Positions 8,967 through 19,195 of a stretch of DNA of 64,000 nt are shown here, one piece after another; the first letter of the stretch is position 1; the number at the start of each line of letters is the position of its first letter. The notes under the pieces are model-generated. The model saw nothing but the letters and a program-made list of their open reading frames with translations. It had not been told where the DNA came from and searched no databases. This DNA is from Chloroflexota bacterium (GTDB lineage: Bacteria; Chloroflexota; Dehalococcoidia; UBA2979): assembly GCA_027593235.1 (NCBI GenBank), contig JAQCIU010000012.1, positions 1-64,000 of the forward strand, written 5' to 3'. The translations under genes were made by a program, and so were the position numbers.

Positions 8967-10359
8967 CCCGGGGTCGCTCTGAGCGTTGCACGACTAGCTC
9001 ACTGCGTCTCGCTGCGGCCGCCTCATCCCGGATCTCGACGGACTCGATCGCGACGTCGCGTACACCCTCCGAGGAGTCCCAGAGGCATTCGCGGGCGAGG
9101 GTGGTACTGAATGTCGCGTCACTCGCAGCCATCACGCGGGCTGCACGCCAACGTGCGTAGGAGTACTCGATGCCCTCGAAGATCTCGTGGAGCTCCGGGA
9201 ATGGGCCGAGCTGTGGCTGACGGTCGAGTGCGTCAATCAGGTCGCAGATGCGGTCGATCTGGCGTTCTGTCCACGCGTCGCTCAGCCGCGCGCGGACCCC
9301 AGGGATGTCTGAGGGCTCCGCGTGAAGGCCGAGGATGTCGCACCCATACTCGTCGCGTCCGGCGCTGGTGCCGAGCCATTGTCTTGCCAGCGGCAGGGTG
9401 TGCTCCGGCCCCAGGGCTCGGAGATAGCGATATATCGCTGCCTGGCGGGCGTACCACGCGGTGTCCGTCGAACTGCGTGGTGGCGGAGGCTCGTCCGCGA
9501 TGATCGCCGCCGCGGACAGACCGGCGGGGTCGTTCGTGATCCCGAAGATTGTGAATGGCAGTGCGGGGTCTCGTCGCTCGCTACATGCTGCGATCAGCTC
9601 CTCTCGCTCCCCAGGGTGCAGGCCCGTGGTCAGTCGTTCCACGAGCGACGGCGGAGGGTTTCGCCAGTTCCAGCGATGCTCGAGCAACTCGGCGAGCGGT
9701 GCTGACACCCCAGGCGAACTCGTCGTGGGGCCCGCCTCTTCGGGACTTTTCCGTCGTTCGACCGCGCGGAGCGCGGCCTCGATTCTTGGCTCGCTCTTTG
9801 CCCAACTCTCCCAAGGGAACTCGTGGAACCAGCGCCTCACAGCACCAATGAGATTCTCGTCGTCGCGGCGCTTTACGACCGTGGCCGGTATCCGCGCGAT
9901 GGTCGCGTCAGAGGCGAGAGGCGCCATCATGAAGACATAGTCGTTCCGTTGATCCTCAGGGCCGATCTGGGCGAGGAGGACGGCGCCCGCGTCCTCGACG
10001 CCGGCCTGATCAAGACGGCTCAGGACGTCCGGAACGAGCCATGAGTCGCGCTACGCTTCTTCCCTGGGTAGTCGCTCGGGAAGCAGACGTCGTACGTCGA
10101 ACTTCGTTCGCCGTGCGAGGGTTGCGTAGTACTCCACTCGGCTTTCGACCTGATGGTCGAGCCGCGGATCGGCGGTGATGCATCGCCAGAGCAGGTCGTG
10201 CGCTTCCCCGCGAGGAAGTTCGAGGCACTCGAGCCAGCCGGCGCCTCGGCCACGTTGCAGCTTCCCGAGTGTGGTGTCGGGATTGGCGAGCGCCAATCGC
10301 CGGATGTACGGGAGTTCGGAGACGTCATCCTCGGCGGACTCGACGTGGGTATCTGTCAT
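8959..10359 (-). pseudogene. HEAT-repeat-like protein gene interrupted by one in-frame TAG (10051-10053)
   Basis: ORFs 10051-10359 and 8959-9930 share a frame and the 40 codons between them are open. LGKLQRGRG...DPRLDHQVESR and ECLWD resemble, from memory, the two ends of an actinobacterial HEAT-repeat protein family. Confidence 0.7.
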
Positions 10360-10402
10360 ATAACTGACAGGATAACGCGTCAGCCGGGCGAGTTGCGCGT
10401 CA

Positions 10403-10465
10403 ACCGCCGCGACCGTCGAGGACCTGCGTTTCTTGGCCTCGGAAGTGATGCCGGCGTTCGGTTAG
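10403..10465 (+). repeat. Direct repeat copy 2 (orphan LLM 3' end, TAATVEDLRFLASEVMPAFG*)
   Basis: Diverged copy of 8904-8966, including the TAG. Confidence 0.85.
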
Positions 10466-10511
10466 GCAGCGCGCAAGGGAACGTTGGCTGCGCCTCGTGC
10501 GTTAGCTGACT

Positions 10512-11900
10512 GTGAGATCGAAACTCATCGCCGCGCTCGCGAGTGTTGCACTCCTCGGCATCGTCGCGTGCACCAGCGATGAGCCCGCTGCGCCGCCGAG
10601 TCCGTCCGCGACGGCGAGTCCGACCGTGGCCGTGACCGCAACGCCGGCGGCAGTCGCGACGCCACGAGGGCCATGCCAGGTCGGCGAGCCGATTCACCTC
10701 GATGTTGTGCCGTACGACGGAGCGACGCTGACCGAGGTGACGGCGGAGGCGGTGCTGCCCGACCGAGACACGCTCGACCGCGAGGGCGGGTCGTTCGTCT
10801 GGGACCGCGAGTCGGACGGTCTGCAGTTCATCGAGGGCGTCCAGTACCTCTTCCTCGCGTCGGGGTTGGTCGACGGGAGGCCGATTGGGATTGCGTTCAC
10901 ACCAATCGATGGGCCGGAGCCGTTACGAAGCGTTGTCGTCCGGTTCGACCCATTCGAGGTGGTCGCGTTGCCACTCGCACTGAACGTCGGCGGCGGCGCC
11001 CTCGATGCGCCGTGGGCGGGACCGAGCAGTGTGACGATCTCGTTCTGGCAGGCGACCGAGTGGGGTGACCGCATCCTGCCCGCCGGCGACTACGCCTTTG
11101 ACCTCGAGACGGCGACGCTGAGGCTGATGCGGGGAACGCTGCGTGGCATCTCATCCGTGCGGGTGGTCGAGGAAGTGTGGCCCAGCGGCACGAGCGAGCG
11201 TGTCGCGATGGTCCTGCAGAACGGGCGACGTTCGCTGAACCATGGCGTGGGCGGCGCTGGCGAAGAGATTGCCGGTCCCGTGGAACCGTGGACCCTGAGC
11301 CCCGATGGCTCGCGGTTGCTGATGGTTGGAAATCGCTCCCAACTCGTGGTCTACGACTTGCGGCTGGACCGACGATGGGTGCTCGGGCGTCCCGCCGAAT
11401 ACGGAGCCGCCGAGTGGTCTCCGGATGGGCGATACATCGCCGCTACCGTCTTCGACACATTCGAGGACACGACGCAGGCGCTCGTGTTTGATGCTGGCAA
11501 CCTCGACGCCGTCGCGTTCCCTGACTTCGGCGTATCCGCCGTTGCGGGGCTGGCGCTCCCGCCGCTCGAGGACGCCTGGACGTGGCGGTGGCGCAACGCG
11601 ACCGAGCTGTTCACCGGGACGGGATCGACCCTCTTGCTCCTCGATGTCGAGACCGGGGAGCTGCGGACCGTCCTCGATGATCGGGAGCCGTACGACACGC
11701 TCGCGTCGGACGAGACCACCTCGACGCTCGCGCTGAGCCGGCTGCGCGGGACGCCGGCGTCCATCCTCGAACTGGACGAAGCCGCTGGGTGGTTCGATAT
11801 TCCGCTGCTCGCGGCGTCGCCGCAGGTGGGGTTGTTCGACATGAACTGGGGTGGCGTGGGTCAGTGGCTCGCACTCAATACGACGCCGGGGCGGTCATAG
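10512..11900 (+). CDS. Lipoprotein with TolB/WD40-like beta-propeller repeats
   Basis: Lipobox IVAC, Pro/Thr/Ala linker, LSPDGSRL and WSPDGRYIA repeats. Confidence 0.7.
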   Translation: MRSKLIAALASVALLGIVACTSDEPAAPPSPSATASPTVAVTATPAAVATPRGPCQVGEPIHLDVVPYDGATLTEVTAEAVLPDRDTLDREGGSFVWDRESDGLQFIEGVQYLFLASGLVDGRPIGIAFTPIDGPEPLRSVVVRFDPFEVVALPLALNVGGGALDAPWAGPSSVTISFWQATEWGDRILPAGDYAFDLETATLRLMRGTLRGISSVRVVEEVWPSGTSERVAMVLQNGRRSLNHGVGGAGEEIAGPVEPWTLSPDGSRLLMVGNRSQLVVYDLRLDRRWVLGRPAEYGAAEWSPDGRYIAATVFDTFEDTTQALVFDAGNLDAVAFPDFGVSAVAGLALPPLEDAWTWRWRNATELFTGTGSTLLLLDVETGELRTVLDDREPYDTLASDETTSTLALSRLRGTPASILELDEAAGWFDIPLLAASPQVGLFDMNWGGVGQWLALNTTPGRS

Positions 11901-11964
11901 CTAACCTGGCTCGGTACCCCGCGAAACAGACAGATGTTGAGGACACTTGAGGGGCGGAGTCACC

Positions 11965-12279
11965 ATGGACTCGGATGACGAAAGGCTTCGCCAATTCGAT
12001 CGGGAGATGCAGCGGATCTACGAACGGGCGGCAAACGAGGTCGGTTATCGCGCGACGCGATTTCTCCAGATGCTGTCGGAACGCGGGGGGTTGTCGACCG
12101 CTCGTCACCTCCTCAATGGGCCGCCGTCGGATGGTCTCGGCCGCTTGATGTTCGAAGGCCGGCTCGACCTCGCAATCGAATCGTTGGTGCAACAAGCGGA
12201 CTTCCGTTCCCTCTTTACCGAGCAGGAGCTGCGGACTGCGGTCGAACGAGTGGGTGATCGCTCGGGAGAATCCACCTAG
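11965..12279 (+). CDS. Small conserved hypothetical protein
   Basis: GGAG RBS before ATG 11965; GYRATRFLQML...GG...GRLDLAIESLV...LFTEQEL pattern. Confidence 0.7.
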   Translation: MDSDDERLRQFDREMQRIYERAANEVGYRATRFLQMLSERGGLSTARHLLNGPPSDGLGRLMFEGRLDLAIESLVQQADFRSLFTEQELRTAVERVGDRSGEST

Positions 12280-12372
12280 AAGCCCCCGAGGGCGCGTGCG
12301 ACACTCCTTCGCACGGTGCGCGCCCACTCGAGGGCTGCGCCGCCTCCGAGGATCGCGAGCGAGGGTGACGAC

Positions 12373-14229
<1,857 letters not shown>

Positions 14230-14296
14230 CAGCGGGCCGATGTGCGTGCGGACCTAGATCGTAGGGGGTAGCGCAACGTAGCGCAGTCTCCGGCCG

Positions 14297-15085
14297 GTGC
14301 CTTCCTGGTCTCAGCGATCGCGAAGCCACTCGCTGTTGGTTGGGGCCCTCCTCGTCTGCTTCGCCCTTGGCAGCGGCGCTGGCTCGGCCGCGCAGGCCTC
14401 GGGGCGTGCACCCCTTCCCGGTGATGGATTCTGGATGTTCGATCAGCGCGGCGTATTCGCCGACGAACGTGTGGCAGCGGCGATTGCCCATTTCGTGGAT
14501 TCACGCGCGGTGTTCGAGCGTGCGGGACTCGATCCAGATCGTCAGCTGTTTTACCCCGACGGAACCGTGATTCCGGTGCTCGACGGCCTGACCGACGCTG
14601 GCGCCGTCGAACTGTTCTCAGCGGCAGTATCAGGCCTCGATAGTGGGGCGGAACGGCTGCACGAACGCCAGACCTGTCGGCTCTGGCCGTCGATCAACCC
14701 GTACGGCGAGACCCCAGATGAAAAGACGTCGCTGGCCGTTGCCCTCGGCGAAGAAATCGCGACAGCGCTCAATCGTCTGGGTATCGAGGCGAGTCCGTGC
14801 GTGCTGGTTGAGCGAAGCGCGGACGCTGACGTGTTCCTGTTGTCGTACGGGCAGAACATCCCGGTGGGAGTGGGGGTGCGCCCCGATCTCGACGCGTTCC
14901 TCGTGAACTCGGCTGAGGCGCCGCTGCCCGCGGATTCGGGGAACGGCGGAACGGCGGGCGCGAAATCGGGCCTCCGCTGGCCGGCCTGGGCCGCGCTGGT
15001 CGGGGTCCTCGCATCGTTGAGTGCTGGGATCCGGCGGTACCTCCTGGTGGCGAGGGACCCGCGGACGGGCGACGCGAGCCGGTGA
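14297..15085 (+). CDS. Secreted hypothetical protein with C-terminal membrane anchor
   Basis: N-terminal signal-like hydrophobic stretch; C-terminal PLPADSGNGG followed by a TM helix and an Arg-rich tail. Start uncertain. Confidence 0.6.
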   Translation: MPSWSQRSRSHSLLVGALLVCFALGSGAGSAAQASGRAPLPGDGFWMFDQRGVFADERVAAAIAHFVDSRAVFERAGLDPDRQLFYPDGTVIPVLDGLTDAGAVELFSAAVSGLDSGAERLHERQTCRLWPSINPYGETPDEKTSLAVALGEEIATALNRLGIEASPCVLVERSADADVFLLSYGQNIPVGVGVRPDLDAFLVNSAEAPLPADSGNGGTAGAKSGLRWPAWAALVGVLASLSAGIRRYLLVARDPRTGDASR

Positions 15086-15327
15086 GCGAGGCGAAGCGCT
15101 ACGCTGCTGGGCCTGGTGATCCACGATCGTGCTGCGCGCCTGACGAAGGATCGCCTAAGGCCATCGAGTAGCTTGCGATAGGCCAGCGACAGGCCGGAGG
15201 AGAGCGATCCTCTGAGAGCGGCATTACGTACCAATTCCCAGTGGACGGTAGGCTATGCTGCTAGCTCTGATCCGCGTCAGCGTCCCCACCGACTGGCGTC
15301 CCGCGCGCGCATGAGTGGAGTCGATCG

Positions 15328-17028
15328 ATGAGCGGTCAGAACCGTCTCCTGGCGATCCTGCTGGGTGTTCTTGCTGTACTGGTCCTGCTGGTCGGCGGTC
15401 TGTCGGCGGTCCTGCTGGTTGGTGGTGGCAGCGACGATGGCAGCCCGTCCGGTGTCCGATCGGGCACCTCGGACGGCGGCGGCAGCGGCGATGGCGGGGA
15501 TGGCTCCAGCAGCGCCACCGGACGCCTGCGACTCTCCGGGACCGACCCGGTCACGCTCGATCCGCACCTTGCGACCGACGCATCCTCCGCCGAGTACATC
15601 GTCGAGATCTTCTCGGGCCTCGTGACGATTACGCCGGACCTGGAGATCGCGCTGGACCTCGCGGAGGCGCTCGACGTCAGCGCTGACGGCACGGTCTACA
15701 CGTTCACGCTGCGTGACGACGCGTTCTTCCACAGCGGGCGGCGCGTGACGGCCGAGGATGTGGCGTACTCGATCAACCGCGCGACGTCGCGCGAACTGCA
15801 GTCACCGGTCGCGCGCGCGTACTTGGGCGATATCGTCGGCGCGCGCGAGCACCTCGCGGGGCAGGCCGACAGCGTGTCAGGGGTCGAGGTGATCGACGAC
15901 CGGACGATCCGGTTCACGCTGGACGCGCCGAAGCCGTTCTTCCTCGCGAAGCTGACGTACCCCACGGCATTCGTGGTCGATCAACAGCAGATCGAGTCGA
16001 ACCCACGCAACTGGACCCGAAACCCGAACGGCACCGGTCCGTACCGGCTGCAAGAGTGGCGCCTGGGCGAACGGATCGTGCTGGAGTCCAACGCGCGCTT
16101 CTACCTCGGCGAGCCGCCGTTGAAAGAGGTGCTGTACGCGCTATCCGGCGGATCGGCGCTGACGCGATTCGAGAACGACGACCTGGACGTCGCGTCGATC
16201 AGCATCAACGACGTGGATCGGGCGCGCGATCCCTCGAGCGATCTGAACCCGCTCTACGCGGTCTGGCCGCAGTTCACGATCTCGTACCTGGCCTTCAACA
16301 CCGCAAAGCCGCCGTTCGACGACGTGAACGTGCGACGAGCATTCGGCCTGTCGATTGATCGCGCGAAGATCGCCGCGGTCACCTTCAACAGCATGATTGC
16401 GCCGGCGACCGGCATCCTCGCGCCGGGCCTGCCCGGCTACACCGCGGATGACAAGACGCTGCCGTTCGATCCGGATGCGGCCCGCGCTGCGTTGGCGGAC
16501 TCGAAGTACACGATCCAGGACGGGCGGCTGGTCGGCCCGGATGGTCCGCTGACGATCGTGATCACCGAGGTGGGCGCTGGCGCCGAAGCGGCGATCGACA
16601 CGCAAGCGTTCCTGGAGCAGTGGCGAACCGAGTTGGGCCTCGACGTGGAGATCCGCCAGACGGACTTCGCCACTTACCTGGCGGAGCAGGACGCCGGTGA
16701 GCTGCAGATGTTCAACGGCGGCTGGATCATGGACTACCCCGATCCGGAGGACATCCTGGATCTGAAGTTCCACTCCGGCTCGCAACTGAACGACCTCTCG
16801 TACGCGAACCCGCAGGTGGACGCATTCCTTGAGGCGGCGCGCACCGAGCAGGATCCCGAGTTGCGGCTCCAGCAGTACCGCGACGCGGAGCAGCTCATCA
16901 TCGATGACGCGGCGTGGCTGCCGCTGTACTTCTCGCAGGCGCATGTGGTGGTGAACCCAGCCGTGACCGGCTGGTTCGAGCCTCAGATGGTGATCCCACG
17001 CCTGCGCTTCGTCGAGGTGAACCGCTAG
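15328..17028 (+). CDS. Peptide/nickel ABC transporter substrate-binding protein (family 5)
   Basis: TLDP, DLAEALDVSADGTVYTFTLR, GTGPY, PPFDDVNVRRA, GWIMDYPDP. N-terminal TM anchor. Confidence 0.93.
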   Translation: MSGQNRLLAILLGVLAVLVLLVGGLSAVLLVGGGSDDGSPSGVRSGTSDGGGSGDGGDGSSSATGRLRLSGTDPVTLDPHLATDASSAEYIVEIFSGLVTITPDLEIALDLAEALDVSADGTVYTFTLRDDAFFHSGRRVTAEDVAYSINRATSRELQSPVARAYLGDIVGAREHLAGQADSVSGVEVIDDRTIRFTLDAPKPFFLAKLTYPTAFVVDQQQIESNPRNWTRNPNGTGPYRLQEWRLGERIVLESNARFYLGEPPLKEVLYALSGGSALTRFENDDLDVASISINDVDRARDPSSDLNPLYAVWPQFTISYLAFNTAKPPFDDVNVRRAFGLSIDRAKIAAVTFNSMIAPATGILAPGLPGYTADDKTLPFDPDAARAALADSKYTIQDGRLVGPDGPLTIVITEVGAGAEAAIDTQAFLEQWRTELGLDVEIRQTDFATYLAEQDAGELQMFNGGWIMDYPDPEDILDLKFHSGSQLNDLSYANPQVDAFLEAARTEQDPELRLQQYRDAEQLIIDDAAWLPLYFSQAHVVVNPAVTGWFEPQMVIPRLRFVEVNR

Positions 17029-17065
17029 GGCAGCGGCGTCGGACGCGCCGGAACAGGGCTGACGC

Positions 17066-18049
17066 ATGGGCGCCTACGTGATTCGTCGCCTGCTCTGGTT
17101 GCCAGTCGTGCTGCTGGTCGTCACGTTCTTCACGTTCACGATCGCGCGCTTCGGCCCGGGCGACCCGGTATCGGTTGCGGCTGGTCAGATCCGCGACCCG
17201 GAGGTGTTGGCGCAGATCCGCGCCGATCGCGGCCTGGACGGGACCATCGTCGAGCAATACCAGCGCTGGCTGTTCGACGCCGTGCGGGGCGACTTTGGTG
17301 AGTCCTTCCAGCAACGCGGCTTCACGGTCTCGGAAATCATCTTCCCGAAGATGTGGATTTCGGCGCAGCTCGGGATGCTGGCGCTGGTGATTGTGTTCGG
17401 CGTGGGGATCCCGCTCGGCTTGCTGGCGGCGCGTCTGAGCGGGACCTGGGTCGATCCGTTCGTCATTGGCACTTTGCTCTTCCTGCAGGCGATCCCCGTG
17501 CTGGTGGTGATCCCACCGCTGTTGTGGTTGTTCGCGGTGCAGTACGACATCCTGCCGGTCGGCGGCTGGGACGGGTTATTCGACATCTGGTGGATCGGCG
17601 GCGTGATCGCGATCCCGATCCCCGATCCGCACCTCTACATCCCGCTGCTGGCGTTCACGCTGCCCGGATTCGCCGGCGTTGCACGGCTGACGCGTATCAC
17701 GGCGCTGGAGGTGCAGCGGGAGGACTACATCCGGACGGCGCGAGCGAAGGGATTGCCGGAGTCCGCCGTCGCCTTCCGACACGTGCTGCCCAATTCGCTG
17801 CTGCCGTTGGTGACGGTGGTCGCCTTCGCACTGGCCGGTGTGGTGGAGGGCGCCTTCTTCGTGGAGACGCTGCTGGGGATCCCGGGGATCGGGCGCTTTA
17901 CCTTCGAGGCGGTGGTCAGCCGCGACTATGACGCGATCCTGGCGACGACGGTGGTCTTCTCCGTGCTCTTCGTGCTGATGAACCTGGCGGCGGATCTGAC
18001 GTACGGCCTCGTCGATCCGCGCGTGCGGGTGGGGGCGACGCGCTCATGA
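17066..18049 (+). CDS. Peptide ABC transporter permease (OppB/DppB-like)
   Basis: PGDP, RGDFGES, EDYIRTARAKGL, RHVLPNS, VDPRVR. Confidence 0.93.
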   Translation: MGAYVIRRLLWLPVVLLVVTFFTFTIARFGPGDPVSVAAGQIRDPEVLAQIRADRGLDGTIVEQYQRWLFDAVRGDFGESFQQRGFTVSEIIFPKMWISAQLGMLALVIVFGVGIPLGLLAARLSGTWVDPFVIGTLLFLQAIPVLVVIPPLLWLFAVQYDILPVGGWDGLFDIWWIGGVIAIPIPDPHLYIPLLAFTLPGFAGVARLTRITALEVQREDYIRTARAKGLPESAVAFRHVLPNSLLPLVTVVAFALAGVVEGAFFVETLLGIPGIGRFTFEAVVSRDYDAILATTVVFSVLFVLMNLAADLTYGLVDPRVRVGATRS

Positions 18050-19008
18050 CGTCGCAGGCGGGCGTCGCCGAGGCGCCGCGATCGCCGGTCGTCGGCCGCA
18101 GCGAGTGGGCGGTGACGTGGGAACGGCTGCGACGAAAGCGGCTGGCGATGATCTCGCTGGTGCTGATCGCCATCATTTACGGCGGTGGCCTGTTTGCGCC
18201 GCTGCTCTCGCCCTACACCTACAACGAGCAGAACCTCGATCGCGCGCTCGAGGGCAGCAGCGCCGATCACCTCTTTGGGACCGATCGCCTCGGTCGTGAC
18301 GTGCTGAGCCGGGCGATGTACTCCGCGCGCACGACGTTGATCGTCACCGCCGCCGTTGTGCTCAGCGGCTCGCTGATCATTGGCAACACCCTCGGACTGC
18401 TCGCCGGCTACCGCGGCGGCTGGGTCGACAACGTCATCATGCGTGTCGGCGACATCTTCTCGTCGCTGCCCGGGCTCCCGATGCTGATTCTGATCAACGC
18501 CGCGTTCGCGCCTCGTGTGACCGATCTGGTGCGGCAGGTGGAGGACAACACGCCGCTGAGCGGGCTGGTCTCATCCGGCTTCGCCTCGTATCTGATCCTG
18601 TTCGTCGCGCTGTCGTTGTTCTTCTGGGTCGGGACGGCGCGGGTGATCCGCGCCCAGGTGCTCCAGCTCCGCGAGCGCGAATTCATCATGGCCGCCGAGT
18701 CGCTGGGCGCGAGTCAGCGACGGATTATCTTTCGCCACGTGCTGCCGGGCGTGTCGTTCTTGATCGTCTTGCAGGTGTCGAGTGGCCTCGGTTCGGTCGC
18801 GGGATCGGAGATCCTGCTCTCCTGGTTCGGCGTCGGGGTCCAGCCACCAGCCGCCTCCTTTGGCGCGATGCTGTTCGAGGGCTCGGGCGCACGCACGTTC
18901 CAGGCGCATCCGAATCTGCTGCTCGTGCCCGGGGTGATCGTGACGCTGTTGCTGTTCTCGTTCGCGTTGCTCGGCGATGCCTTGAACGATGCGATGCGAG
19001 GTCGGTGA
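18046..19008 (+). CDS. Peptide ABC transporter permease (OppC/DppC-like)
   Basis: HLFGTDRLGRDVLSR, EFIMAAESLGAS, LGDALNDA. ATGA overlap with the upstream gene. Confidence 0.93.
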   Translation: MTSQAGVAEAPRSPVVGRSEWAVTWERLRRKRLAMISLVLIAIIYGGGLFAPLLSPYTYNEQNLDRALEGSSADHLFGTDRLGRDVLSRAMYSARTTLIVTAAVVLSGSLIIGNTLGLLAGYRGGWVDNVIMRVGDIFSSLPGLPMLILINAAFAPRVTDLVRQVEDNTPLSGLVSSGFASYLILFVALSLFFWVGTARVIRAQVLQLREREFIMAAESLGASQRRIIFRHVLPGVSFLIVLQVSSGLGSVAGSEILLSWFGVGVQPPAASFGAMLFEGSGARTFQAHPNLLLVPGVIVTLLLFSFALLGDALNDAMRGR

Positions 19009-19101
19009 CGGGGCCGTGACAGGGCCGACGCAGGGTGCGATTGCGGGCCGTTAGACGGGCGTTTGCGGGTTGGTCCCCTAGGGGAGCCGGTGACCGCGCG
19101 A

Positions 19102-19110
19102 TGCTATACT
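19102..19110 (+). promoter_or_regulatory. Extended -10 promoter of the tig-clpP-clpX operon
   Basis: TGCTATACT about 85 nt upstream of the tig start. Confidence 0.5.
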
Positions 19111-19195
19111 TGCGCTACCGGTCTCAGGCCCGTCATCTGGGAGCTTCAAGCGTGTTTTGGGCGTCTCTGATGGCGCGACGGATGAGGGTGTACGC

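Noticed and set aside
19009-19195. Possible tRNA upstream of tig
   Set aside because: No cloverleaf or TTCGA T-loop; only a short palindrome (TCCCCTAGGGGA) and a promoter.
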